From the IMG/VR virus record IMGVR_UViG_3300023240_001054, positions 1 to 25,380 of that record: 25,380 bases of DNA; one strand, 5' to 3'. The DNA is from a virus (lineage: Duplodnaviria > Caudoviricetes). Shown here in pieces: positions 8,477-17,896 of the stretch. Position numbers and translations under genes: made by a program. The notes beneath the pieces were generated by a model, which did not search any database, had not been told where the DNA came from, and was given only the letters and a program-made list of their open reading frames with translations. How positions within the stretch are numbered: the stretch's first letter is position 1; each line of letters begins with the position of its first letter.

Positions 8477-9939
8477 TATTTCTTAAAGTTTAATAGCTGT
8501 GTTGTAGCTTTCATTATGTCATAACCTTCGTACGAGATTATCTGCCCTTCAGATGTTCCAGATAGCTTAAACTGGATTCGACGACCCGAGATATTCACAT
8601 TATCAAAAGCTTTTTCTGTACTGGTTATTTCTCCTACTGGTTTTGTAAAGTCGTTAGCAATGTCATCTGAGGTTCTGTATGTTACAGAAGTTCCAGCCAT
8701 TCCTTCTTGCATAAACATGATGTAGTTAATAATCTTTTTAGTTGAATCATAACCATCAATATTGTATAGCTGATGCGTCACTGAGTAAAAAATTGGAGAG
8801 CCTTTATCTGTAACTCCACTTTTAGTTATTAACACATTTCCATCATCATCCCCAGCAATAGAGCTGATAGTTGAACCATCATTATATTGAGTTCCTATAA
8901 GGTGTTGAGTGGGGTACGAATAGTGCGTCCACACTTGTGTTGATATTGTATATCGAACTACAAGGTTTGTATAATCTACACCGCCATAAGAAACATCTCC
9001 TACTGACCAGCAGATATGATCTCCGTCAGTCTCCAAGTAACCAGAGACTTTTGAAAAGTTTGCAAGCGTGATGTTATTTACAATATCAATAACAGGTCGA
9101 GATATTTCACTTACTCCACCATCGTATCGATAAAACCCTGTGGAGTGATGAAAGTAAACTCCGTTTTTAGTTTCGACAATACTATCTTTTGAATAAGTTC
9201 CAACGTTAAATTGTGGGTCCGGATCAGTCTGAAGTTTAGAATACACACGATAAATATGGTTTTCTTTAAAGACAAGTAAGGCGTCTCGAGTCCTATGTAG
9301 AGCTGTCATATTCTCTCCATCACTAGGAGAGATGTCAATCCAGTCACCAGTAGCAACACTTGTGTCCCATGTAATAACAGGGGTTGTAACAGAGCTTGGT
9401 AAAGATGAAAAATAAAGTCGATCAGGGTAGGTATCATTTCCACCTATCCACATTCTTGACCTAAAGTTTTCTACAAATTTTCCTGATGGCGCAGAGTCTG
9501 CGTTACCTGTAGTAATAAAAGAGTTGCCTGTTTCTCCGTCCCATACAGCCGTTGCTTCCGTACCGTTAACCATGAATACAAAGTTAAGGTATGTTGAAAA
9601 GTCCGCCTTACTTGCAGCCGTTAGTCCTGTACGTTTAGATGTCCACGTTGCACCTGCTAGATAATAAACAACTGTTCCGTTAACCATAATCAAGCGAGAG
9701 TTAGTTCCACCTGAGTCTACAAATTGATATAACCCTAGTATGTCACCTGTCAAACTATTCCCGAGCGCGGTAGAACCTTTTCTTAAAGAAACTTTTCCGA
9801 TAACGTCATAGTTAAAATTCAATGACTCAACAAGAGCATCTTTAGGGTAGTCACTTTCAGCTACGGCACTTTTAGTAATAAGTCCGCTTTTGATAGACCC
9901 GTTTCTAATTGGTGATAATTCTTTTATAAGATCAGCCAT
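8476..9939 (-). CDS. Tail nozzle / stabilisation protein (P22 gp10 / T7 gp12-like beta-propeller)
   Basis: Motifs LRKGST, FVENFRSRMWIG, DRLYFS, DGENMTALH, LLVFKENHIYRV, GRRIQFKLS. The start is probably ATG at 9939 (MADLIK), 4 nt after the upstream stop, rather than 9987. Confidence 0.75.
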   Translation of the reverse strand: MADLIKELSPIRNGSIKSGLITKSAVAESDYPKDALVESLNFNYDVIGKVSLRKGSTALGNSLTGDILGLYQFVDSGGTNSRLIMVNGTVVYYLAGATWTSKRTGLTAASKADFSTYLNFVFMVNGTEATAVWDGETGNSFITTGNADSAPSGKFVENFRSRMWIGGNDTYPDRLYFSSLPSSVTTPVITWDTSVATGDWIDISPSDGENMTALHRTRDALLVFKENHIYRVYSKLQTDPDPQFNVGTYSKDSIVETKNGVYFHHSTGFYRYDGGVSEISRPVIDIVNNITLANFSKVSGYLETDGDHICWSVGDVSYGGVDYTNLVVRYTISTQVWTHYSYPTQHLIGTQYNDGSTISSIAGDDDGNVLITKSGVTDKGSPIFYSVTHQLYNIDGYDSTKKIINYIMFMQEGMAGTSVTYRTSDDIANDFTKPVGEITSTEKAFDNVNISGRRIQFKLSGTSEGQIISYEGYDIMKATTQLLNFKK

Positions 9940-9943
9940 ATTA

Positions 9944-11386
9944 TTAATCCATTGGACCGTTAAATCCTCCACCCCATGTAGGGACAAAGCTAATGTTCTG
10001 ACCCAAGACTTCTTGCCCTACTAATTGAGATAGTCCTTGTTGGAAAAGTAGGTAGTCTCCGTCTTTCATAGGGTTAAGATCTCCGTTTGATTTTAGTGAT
10101 TTGATTTTAAACTTAAGATAAGCAACGTATAAATCGTACACTGGTTCGTCCACTACTTCAGAATCTGAAGTTACAGGAGTAAGGTCTTGGTAGTAATCTA
10201 GGTAAATATTTTCACCTGCATATTCGTTACCAAAAGGTATGTCGAAATAAATCATTCCCTTATCAATAGTAAAGGCAGTAGGTATTCCAAATGTTGCTTC
10301 TTGCCAAACATCAGTCCCCACAGCGTGATCCAAAGCTCCAGTTACACCAGAAAGTGTTTCTGCGGAAAGGTCGTTAGCTGTGTAGGCCACCTCGTCTTTG
10401 TCTGTCGATACGTTAGGTGAAGCAATAATAATGTTTCCTGAGTCGTTAAAGTCTCCAGAAGATTCAAGTACAAGAGAAGTGTCTCCACTTGACACAGCAG
10501 TCGCTATTGTTGTATGTCCAACGTTTAAGTAGTTTTGTCTAAACCTTCGATTGTCTTGATAAACAAGAGGAAAGTTTTGTCGTCCAATACGTAAACTTAA
10601 AATGTTCTTATAAGTATTTCTGTCACGTAAATCAGTCGGAGCTGCAATGCTCCATTGTCCTGGAATAATGCTTCCGATATCTGTATTAAATTTAGTACGG
10701 AACGACCATCTAAATACTCTTTGAGATATCCCATCAACGACAGCTGACCCTGTATCTACGATTCTTCGTCCCTCGTTAAGAGAAGAGTTTAAGAAATCGT
10801 TTGTAATTAATTCGTTTGTTTCTTCGCCTAATTGACTCAAAGCGCGCTCTTTTATAGCATATACGCTATTATCTGCGTATCCTGTGGCCGTTACGTTGTC
10901 AGAATAACCAGAGTACAACGTAGATTCACTATTGTAAAATCGATATCGATACACATCTGTAGTGTTATCTCCAGACCTTTGTAGATATGTTTCAGGAACT
11001 TGAGGGTTAATATCTACTGCTGAAAGAGCTGAAAAATTTACTCCTGCATTTGTTGATCTTTCCGGAGTTAGCTGATCGTATTCAATAAGAGTAATTACAT
11101 CACCTCGATTGTGTGAGAAAACTAAGTTTGTATCTAAAGTTATTGAGGTTGAATCTACTGCTGATATTTTAACAATCTCACTTTTTCCTTGTAAAAGTTG
11201 TCCAACAATAACAAACTGATCAACCTCAAAGAACGTACCGTTTGCAGATAGTGATCCACCGCCAGCAGCAACATCCGTTTCGATAAACGACCTTGTGTTA
11301 CCTGATAGATTTGGTAGTGCAAAGAACAAATCGTTTCCGATTGGACTATTTAACTTTATTCTTATTTGTGGTTTTTGATTACTCAT
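9944..11386 (-). CDS. Head-to-tail adaptor (T7 gp11 / P22 gp4-like) with extra beta domains
   Basis: Directly upstream of the nozzle; helical adaptor-like motif IKERALSQLGE...LNSSLNEGRRIV...RWSFR and C-terminal helices YDLYVAYLKFKIK. Confidence 0.55.
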   Translation of the reverse strand: MSNQKPQIRIKLNSPIGNDLFFALPNLSGNTRSFIETDVAAGGGSLSANGTFFEVDQFVIVGQLLQGKSEIVKISAVDSTSITLDTNLVFSHNRGDVITLIEYDQLTPERSTNAGVNFSALSAVDINPQVPETYLQRSGDNTTDVYRYRFYNSESTLYSGYSDNVTATGYADNSVYAIKERALSQLGEETNELITNDFLNSSLNEGRRIVDTGSAVVDGISQRVFRWSFRTKFNTDIGSIIPGQWSIAAPTDLRDRNTYKNILSLRIGRQNFPLVYQDNRRFRQNYLNVGHTTIATAVSSGDTSLVLESSGDFNDSGNIIIASPNVSTDKDEVAYTANDLSAETLSGVTGALDHAVGTDVWQEATFGIPTAFTIDKGMIYFDIPFGNEYAGENIYLDYYQDLTPVTSDSEVVDEPVYDLYVAYLKFKIKSLKSNGDLNPMKDGDYLLFQQGLSQLVGQEVLGQNISFVPTWGGGFNGPMD

Positions 11387-11398
11387 GTTGTTTATTGG

Positions 11399-12517
11399 TT
11401 AAAAGATTGAAATAAAGTTCCCGGATGACGGAGTAACCCCCATATCTACTGTCACTGTTTTTGCATACAGATGATAAGGTTGTCCGCCTTCCTGGTATGT
11501 TATTGCTAAAGTACTACCGCTCAGCATGACCATACTATTAAGTAATCCAATATTTAACGTCCCTGTGACAAGTATTGTTTCTGACTCTACTGTTATGTCG
11601 TAAGAACCATCGACGGTTACTACGTCTATATCTAAATCAGAGTTCTCGTCCCTGCGTACAATAGCGACAGTACTACTGTCTAACAAAACCATAGAATTAT
11701 CAGAAGCTTGTGCTGTTGCGTCATTGTACGTATCCACTAATGTTATATTGTCGTTACCTGAGTCAACAGAATATGTTTTTATTGTATAGTTAACATTATT
11801 AATAGCATAAATTACCATAAAATGTGTCTCATCTATCGAGATAACATTAACGTCTATACCTATTCCTGTGATAGCTATCTCTAGTGTGTCTACGTTAGTA
11901 ATATTGTAACTACCGTCAAGAGTGTAGGTTGTCAGCAGTACATCACTATCGTTTTGCACGAAGGCCCCTACAAACTTTGTAGCAGAAGCTTTGACAATAA
12001 TATTTTTATTAGCTGTACCAGCACCTGCTATTGTATGGCTATCTATCTGAGCTGTTACATAAGCACCACTTATCGAAAATGTCCTAACATCGTACTCACT
12101 TGATCCGTTGTACCCTGCAACAATAAGGTGGTCACTATCAATTTCTGCGTATCCAGGATAAAAGAAAAGCGTTGTGTCAAACTCATTGGTATTCACTAGC
12201 GTTATAGAAGTTCCACTTGAGTGCGAAAATGTTTTAATAAACCCGTCATTACCTGGACCAGTATAGACAATCCCGAAATGAGTACTGTCTATTGAAAAAA
12301 TTTGAGGGTACCTAGCTTGTGTACCGTCAAACTCTAAGGTATCTATAACTGAATCTGTTGCTATATTATAAGTCTTAACTTCACCTGGGCCCGCTGCACC
12401 AGTCCCCGTCATGTAGGCTACAGCAATTATGTTGTCAGTGATCTTTATAAGTGTCCCATAAGCCCCATCAGTATCCACTGTTCCAGTACTGTCTGTTGTT
12501 ACATCATATAGTGCCAT
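11399..12517 (-). CDS. Seven-repeat beta-propeller protein, putative receptor-binding adhesin
   Basis: Seven ~50-aa repeats with cores IKITDNIIAVAY, FSIDSTHFGIVY, AEIDSDHLIVAGY, VKASATKFVGAF, ISIDETHFMVIY, VLLDSSTVAIVR, VMLSGSTLAITY; hydrophobic C-terminal tail GNFISIF; starts 1 nt after the fibre stop. Confidence 0.6.
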   Translation of the reverse strand: MALYDVTTDSTGTVDTDGAYGTLIKITDNIIAVAYMTGTGAAGPGEVKTYNIATDSVIDTLEFDGTQARYPQIFSIDSTHFGIVYTGPGNDGFIKTFSHSSGTSITLVNTNEFDTTLFFYPGYAEIDSDHLIVAGYNGSSEYDVRTFSISGAYVTAQIDSHTIAGAGTANKNIIVKASATKFVGAFVQNDSDVLLTTYTLDGSYNITNVDTLEIAITGIGIDVNVISIDETHFMVIYAINNVNYTIKTYSVDSGNDNITLVDTYNDATAQASDNSMVLLDSSTVAIVRRDENSDLDIDVVTVDGSYDITVESETILVTGTLNIGLLNSMVMLSGSTLAITYQEGGQPYHLYAKTVTVDMGVTPSSGNFISIF

Positions 12518-12518
12518 A

Positions 12519-15125
12519 TTATGCTTCCTGTGAAATAGCTATTAAGTCCCATTTAGTATCTGCAACGTTGTATTTGAATCCAACATATAATGTTTTACTG
12601 ATAACAGTTGTAGTAGGAAGAACTTGACCTACAGCTCGGAAGATTGCGTTCCACGCTAACACTCTAGCTGTTCCATTGTCTTTAATTCTTATAATTAGTG
12701 TGTTTTTATCTGTCAGTGATATTACTGAGGTTGGTACTCCAATCGTATCTGCTACTGCAAGCGCTGTAACCGTGTGAGTATGTCTTGTTCCCGCAATAGC
12801 GACTACTGTTGCGGCGCTTGAAGCTTCTGTAGTTGATCCGTCCGTCGTTACGGTAATTCCTTCGATTGCAACCACTCCTGCAGCTGTACGTGAAAGCGTT
12901 GTATCTGTAGCCGCTCCAAGTTCGATAGTTGTAAATTGAGGTGCTGTAAGAGAAGAAAGGATAACAGTCCCTCCTACTGTCGGCATGTTTGTTGATTCAA
13001 TGTCTGTAGCCCATAGCTTTGTTACACGTGTACCAGTTACCCCAATAGAACCTGACATTGTAATATCATTAGTTCCAAGAGCTAAGTTTCCACCTGAGAC
13101 TGTAAATCCTCCTGTTGCAGTTTCTACTGTTATATTACCTGTACCATCAAATGATACACCTCCGATTGTTCTAGCATCTTCAAGTGCTGTAGCTGTAGCT
13201 GCGTTACCTGTAACAGAACCAGCTATTGCATTAGTTACCTGTAAATCTGTAAACCAACCTTTAGTTATTCGAGTTCCTGTTGAACCAATATCTCCAATTA
13301 ATTGTAAATTAGAACCATCATAAGTAAGTCCTGAAGTTCCTTCAATTGTTCCGTCTCCTGTCCACACACCTACTTGGTTGTCTACTGGTGTACCTACTTT
13401 AGAAACATCTCCAGATCCTGATGGAGTTGCAAAACTTGGAGCTGAAGATGCTCCGTTTGATTTTAAGAAAGTTCCATCTGAACCTAGAGCAAGTTCGGTA
13501 ACATCCCCGTCTGTATTTGAATAAAAGACTCTCCATGCTGTTTGATCAACAAAGTCTGTAAGGTCTGAGTAATTCTTTAAAGCGGTACCATTTACTGTTG
13601 GCATGTTTGTAACTTCCAAGTTTGTAAACCAACCTTTAGTTATCCGAGTTCCTGTTGAACCAATATCTCCAGTAAGTTGAAAATTAGAACCATCGTAAGT
13701 AAGGCCTATAGTTCCCTCAATCGTTCCATCACCAGTCCAGACTCCTATTTGGTCGTTTGCTGGAGTTCCAACTTTAGAAACGTCACCAGATCCTGATGGA
13801 GTTGCAAAACTTGGAGCTGAAGATGCTCCGTTTGATTTTAAGAAAGTTCCATCTGAACCTAGAGCAAGTTCGGTAACATCCCCGTCTGTATTTGAATAAA
13901 AGACTCTCCATGCTGTTTGATCAACAAAGTCTGTAAGGTCTGAGTAATTCTTTAAAGCAGTACCACCTACTGTTGGCATATTTGTAATTTCCAAGTCTGT
14001 AAACCAACCTTTTGTTACTTTACTTAAAGCGCTTCCAAGATCACCTGAAATTACCAAATTGTTTCCATCGTAAGTAAGTCCTGAAGTTCCTTCAAGTGTT
14101 CCATCTCCAGTCCAGACTCCTACTTGATTATCTACTGGCGTTCCGACTTTAGAAACGTCACCTGAACCAGCAGGTACAGCAAAGCTTGGAGCTGCAGAGG
14201 CTCCGTTTGATTTTAGGAAGGTTCCATCTGAACCTAGAGCAAGTTCGGTAACATCCCCGTCTGTATTAGAGTAAAAGACTCTCCATGCTGTTTGATCAAC
14301 AAAGTCTGTAAGGTCTGAGTAATTCTTTAAAGCAGTACCACCTACTGTTGGCATGTTAGTAATCTCTAAGTTAGTGAACCAACCTTTAGTTACTCTGTCT
14401 CCAGTAGTAGCAAGTGAGCCAGTCATAGTTACATCGTTTGATCCCACGTCAAGGTCTACACCTGTTAGAGTTACTGATGAATCGTCTATATTGAATATAG
14501 TTCCACTAGCTGACTCAACAGAGAGTCCTGCGGTTGACTCTATTTTTACTTTATAAGATGAACTATCTGCTTTGTTTCTAGTTGACAGTTCAATAAGTTG
14601 GTCGTCATCAGTAAATGAATTTTGGATAGCAATACCTGCTTGACCTTGGTCTTGATTGTCTGAAAAGTCCTGAGAACCAATTATCATAGCATCACCAGAA
14701 AAACCAATAGGTGATAGGTCTCCAAATAGAAATCCAGTTTGTATATCTGTGGTTGCTGTGTTTATGTAGAGTGTTGCATGTCCCTTAAGAGGAAAACCTA
14801 AACCTAAAAGGTCTGCACTTGTGTCTTCTAACACTACCCCACCTGTAAAGTTGGTTGAAATCTTAAGTTTAGAAGAACTCCTCACAAAGTCTGTACTCCC
14901 CGCAAGAGTCCCGTCTCCTGTCCAAACTGCGACCTGCTCGTTTACTGGAGTACCAACTTTAACAACATCACCAGTACCTGCTGCTGGTGTTGAGTTTTCA
15001 AATGTAGTAGGTCCTGTTTTGCGAATATACTCACCTGCAGGTGAAGTATTCAACGCAGTTAAGTTAGCTAACGCAGTTGCTTCTGAAGTTGTGTTTTGTT
15101 CTCCACGGACGGATAAATTACTCAT
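12519..15125 (-). CDS. Fibre protein (head or tail) with three 125-aa tandem repeats
   Basis: 868 aa, G/T/S/D-rich; fibre motifs GNAATATALEDARTIGGVSFDGTGNIT and LALGSDGTFLKSNG; C-terminal beta domain LIIRIKDNGTARVLAW...WDLIA. Confidence 0.85.
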   Translation of the reverse strand: MSNLSVRGEQNTTSEATALANLTALNTSPAGEYIRKTGPTTFENSTPAAGTGDVVKVGTPVNEQVAVWTGDGTLAGSTDFVRSSSKLKISTNFTGGVVLEDTSADLLGLGFPLKGHATLYINTATTDIQTGFLFGDLSPIGFSGDAMIIGSQDFSDNQDQGQAGIAIQNSFTDDDQLIELSTRNKADSSSYKVKIESTAGLSVESASGTIFNIDDSSVTLTGVDLDVGSNDVTMTGSLATTGDRVTKGWFTNLEITNMPTVGGTALKNYSDLTDFVDQTAWRVFYSNTDGDVTELALGSDGTFLKSNGASAAPSFAVPAGSGDVSKVGTPVDNQVGVWTGDGTLEGTSGLTYDGNNLVISGDLGSALSKVTKGWFTDLEITNMPTVGGTALKNYSDLTDFVDQTAWRVFYSNTDGDVTELALGSDGTFLKSNGASSAPSFATPSGSGDVSKVGTPANDQIGVWTGDGTIEGTIGLTYDGSNFQLTGDIGSTGTRITKGWFTNLEVTNMPTVNGTALKNYSDLTDFVDQTAWRVFYSNTDGDVTELALGSDGTFLKSNGASSAPSFATPSGSGDVSKVGTPVDNQVGVWTGDGTIEGTSGLTYDGSNLQLIGDIGSTGTRITKGWFTDLQVTNAIAGSVTGNAATATALEDARTIGGVSFDGTGNITVETATGGFTVSGGNLALGTNDITMSGSIGVTGTRVTKLWATDIESTNMPTVGGTVILSSLTAPQFTTIELGAATDTTLSRTAAGVVAIEGITVTTDGSTTEASSAATVVAIAGTRHTHTVTALAVADTIGVPTSVISLTDKNTLIIRIKDNGTARVLAWNAIFRAVGQVLPTTTVISKTLYVGFKYNVADTKWDLIAISQEA
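13230..14400. repeat. Tandem repeat, period 375 bp, ~3 copies, inside the fibre gene
   Basis: The anchor aaagtctgta ends at 13560, 13935 and 14310; 13411-13583 is identical to 13786-13958. Confidence 0.95.
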
Positions 15126-15607
15126 AGAAGTTTAATTTTTAAATTGTTGGTACTAATAATTTTTGCAAGTCTTGATTTGTAAATGTCTAGATCTTTCTTA
15201 TAAAAATCTAAAGTTTCTTTTTCTTTTACAATAAACAGGTGTGCTTCTTCTTTTTGTTTTAAAATGCTGTCCAGCTCTATTGTTTCTCTTTCAATTTTTT
15301 TACTTATGTTTTCAAGGGTTGAAAGATATTCCCTCATAACATTTCCTCCTTCGTTTATCGCACCTCGGATACTTACTACAACACCGTCTGACTCTTTTAT
15401 GGCCTCTGTATAAACATCTGAAAGTACGTTTACTTTTTTAACAAGAATGTCTTTTTGTTCTGAAATGTCTTTTACTCTGTTACTTAAGTTTTCAGCATGA
15501 TGCATAGACAGTTCCTTCTCACTTTTTAGGCTAGATATCTCCTCTCTAAGACTTTTAATCTTAGCGTGAGTGTCAGCATATGTTTGTGTTGATGGAACTT
15601 GAGTCAT
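15122..15607 (-). CDS. Coiled-coil protein of unknown function
   Basis: Probable start ATG at 15607 (MTQVPS), 1 nt after the upstream TAG; K/E/L/I heptad composition; ATGA overlap with the fibre gene. Confidence 0.7.
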   Translation of the reverse strand: MTQVPSTQTYADTHAKIKSLREEISSLKSEKELSMHHAENLSNRVKDISEQKDILVKKVNVLSDVYTEAIKESDGVVVSIRGAINEGGNVMREYLSTLENISKKIERETIELDSILKQKEEAHLFIVKEKETLDFYKKDLDIYKSRLAKIISTNNLKIKLL

Positions 15608-15608
15608 A

Positions 15609-16478
15609 CTAATCTTTAAGGTTATTTTCTTGCAAAGCAATGCTTATTTTCTTTTCTCTTAGTCGGCACTCAGATTCTCTTAACATAACTGTCTGCTCTC
15701 TTTTTATTGAGTTTTCATTTAAGTTTTCAATTCTAACTTCTTTTCTTTGAAGAGCTAATTTACTTTCAACACATTTCTTTTCAATCGTTTTAATAAATTC
15801 TTCTACGTTGTTAAGTCTTAATTCTTCCGACTTTATAAATCTCTGAGTATGAAGCACTTGGTCTTCTCGATGTTCTAAAGATTTTATTTTACTGTCGTAT
15901 GTTCGGATAGTATCGTTTGCTTTATCTATTTTTTGAACAAAAGAATCTTTCATGTTTTTTACTTCTTCTGACTCTTCTTCAAGAGTTTTCATTGTATTAA
16001 CTATATAATCTTCTTTTGTTTTTAAGCCTAGACTAATATCCTTACTCAATCGCTCCTTTTCAATGATTTCTTTTTCTCGCTTTCTAAGATTTACACTGAG
16101 GAACGTCAATGAAGACCGTTTGTCATCCATGCCTTGATCCTCTTTTTTATATTTTTCCTCTAAGTTTGCAAGATTGTCTGATGCAATTTTTTCTTCTTTA
16201 AACCTTTCAATTAAAGTTGCATTGCTTGATTCAATTTTTTGAATCAGACTACTTAAAAATAATTCTTTTTTTTCTATCTGCTCATTAAGTTGATCAATCT
16301 TTAGGTTGTCCTGAAAGACCATCCCTTTAAGTTGTTTCTCTGCACTGGTTTTTGCAACCTCTAAGTCACTTACCTCTTTAGAGATAGCGTCTAGTTTTTC
16401 TTTTGTACGAGTCACTTCACGATTGAGAAAAGTCAATTCATACACTATTTCTTTTTCTATATCAACTTTTTTTTGCAT
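15609..16478 (-). CDS. Long coiled-coil protein of unknown function
   Basis: 289 aa, strongly K/E-rich, no Pro and very few Gly. Confidence 0.75.
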   Translation of the reverse strand: MQKKVDIEKEIVYELTFLNREVTRTKEKLDAISKEVSDLEVAKTSAEKQLKGMVFQDNLKIDQLNEQIEKKELFLSSLIQKIESSNATLIERFKEEKIASDNLANLEEKYKKEDQGMDDKRSSLTFLSVNLRKREKEIIEKERLSKDISLGLKTKEDYIVNTMKTLEEESEEVKNMKDSFVQKIDKANDTIRTYDSKIKSLEHREDQVLHTQRFIKSEELRLNNVEEFIKTIEKKCVESKLALQRKEVRIENLNENSIKREQTVMLRESECRLREKKISIALQENNLKD

Positions 16479-16482
16479 GATA

Positions 16483-16821
16483 TTAATTTCCTATTTCACG
16501 GTATCTAATAAGGCCTCCGACTTGAACAGCTCCACCTAGATTTATTACAAACGCTGTGTTAGGGCTAAGAGTTATAACACCGTTTACGTCCTGACTAGCG
16601 TTTTCCCACGTTAGTGGTTGCTTTGCATCTAAGGGAAGAGGTCCACCATAGGCAGTCATTGCCCCGTCTTTTAATTGTACTTCGACAGCCGTTGTTGGCA
16701 TAAAAGAGATAAAGTCTATTGCTAGAAAGTTCCCTGGAGTAGTTGGCGCTGCAATAATAGCGTTGTCACCACTTGAAGAAATATCTATATCTGCTTTTCT
16801 TGAATTTTCTGCGTATGACAT
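16483..16821 (-). CDS. Small beta-sandwich virion protein (possible head-fibre base)
   Basis: 112 aa, alternating beta pattern, first gene after the major capsid protein. Confidence 0.5.
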   Translation of the reverse strand: MSYAENSRKADIDISSSGDNAIIAAPTTPGNFLAIDFISFMPTTAVEVQLKDGAMTAYGGPLPLDAKQPLTWENASQDVNGVITLSPNTAFVINLGGAVQVGGLIRYREIGN

Positions 16822-16840
16822 ATGTTTTTTATATTACCAA

Positions 16841-16882
16841 CCTGATCGTTACCCCTGAGACATTCTCAGGAGTAAAGTCAGG
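16841..16882 (-). promoter_or_regulatory. Long stem-loop after the major capsid gene without a U-tract (mRNA stabiliser / processing site / weak terminator)
   Basis: RNA CCUGA-CU-UUACUCCUGAGA-AUG-UCUCAGGGGUAA-CGA-UCAGG; a U-G wobble makes the 12-bp helix continuous only on the minus strand. Confidence 0.65.
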
Positions 16883-16902
16883 ATAGTATTAACTAGTAAT
16901 AA

Positions 16903-17892
16903 CTATGAAGACGTTGAGTTACTAAATACCCACATTCGAGCAAGGTCGTTGAATCCTAGATCAAACAAAGTTGTTGCTGATGTTTGGATTTCTTTTGTCT
17001 TGTAAACAACGTTTACAGGATCTACCATTGCTGCTTGTGATTCAATAAATTGGAATCCGAATTCATCGGCCATTAATGAACTGTCAAACATAGCCCAGTA
17101 ATTTGCGTTTGCAATAAATGGAAGTGCTACGATCTTGAAAGCATTTACAGCTGATCCATCGTATGTGTTAGATCCAGGTAGATTGTTTCCAGTAATAGCT
17201 TTAAGAATTTCCTTAGCTTTGAAGTGGTTAGCTGAGTTCTTCTTAACTACAAGCACATCCAAGTCTGGAATCATTGGGTTTCCTCGAGGGTCTACCATAA
17301 GTCCAGCTGTTCGGTATGCTGCTTTAACTCCAGCGTAATCAAATGGAAGGTTGTAGTCAGATCCATCGTAAACAATGTTGTTCATATCTGGCCCTCCGTC
17401 TTCACGTGTATGAGCGTTAGACGCTGCTGCAAGACCATCACCTCCGGCAATGTTCATTACCTTGTTACCTGATGCACCGTAAGCGGTGTATGAAGTAGCA
17501 TAAGCATTGTCGATTCGCTCTGCACATAGCTTTTCTTTTCGTTGTGCGATTGAATTCTTAAGTTGTCGAGCCGTATTTTCTAGGTCTCGCTTTCTAATAC
17601 CGAATTTCCACATTTGAAATGTAAAAGGAACGATAATTCCTACCATGTTTTGTGTATAAGTTTTCTTATACCCTTGCACTGGTGTATCTGCAAAGATAAT
17701 TCCGTTTTCGTCAACGAAATCAGCTTGAGTTAGACCTGATAGAGATGAATCTTTCTCGTAATAATCTTCAGTTGTTCGTACATTAAAGTACTGAGGGTAT
17801 AGCTTTTCTGGTTCTGCTTCTTTTGAGAAAACTTTTTGGATCGAAAGATCTACTAAGTCTGCTGCTTGGTTGATTGAAAGTGGTGCTGACAT
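16903..17892 (-). CDS. Major capsid protein (HK97 fold, Mu gpT-like)
   Basis: 329 aa after the scaffold and decoration genes; patterns YPQYFNVRTTEDYYEKDSSLSGL, GGDGLAAASNAHT, MVDPRGNPM, LFDLGFNDLAR. Confidence 0.85.
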   Translation of the reverse strand: MSAPLSINQAADLVDLSIQKVFSKEAEPEKLYPQYFNVRTTEDYYEKDSSLSGLTQADFVDENGIIFADTPVQGYKKTYTQNMVGIIVPFTFQMWKFGIRKRDLENTARQLKNSIAQRKEKLCAERIDNAYATSYTAYGASGNKVMNIAGGDGLAAASNAHTREDGGPDMNNIVYDGSDYNLPFDYAGVKAAYRTAGLMVDPRGNPMIPDLDVLVVKKNSANHFKAKEILKAITGNNLPGSNTYDGSAVNAFKIVALPFIANANYWAMFDSSLMADEFGFQFIESQAAMVDPVNVVYKTKEIQTSATTLFDLGFNDLARMWVFSNSTSS

Positions 17893-17896
17893 AATA

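Noticed and set aside
13230-14400. Fibre repeats as DGR template/variable repeats or a CRISPR array
   Set aside because: They are in-frame tandem coding units, differences are not adenine-specific, and there is no reverse transcriptase, spacer structure or cas gene in the window.
15607-15645. Programmed frameshift fusing the two coiled-coil genes
   Set aside because: The overlap frame is closed by TAA just upstream of 15643, no canonical slippery heptamer was seen, and TAG-T-ATG coupling explains the junction.
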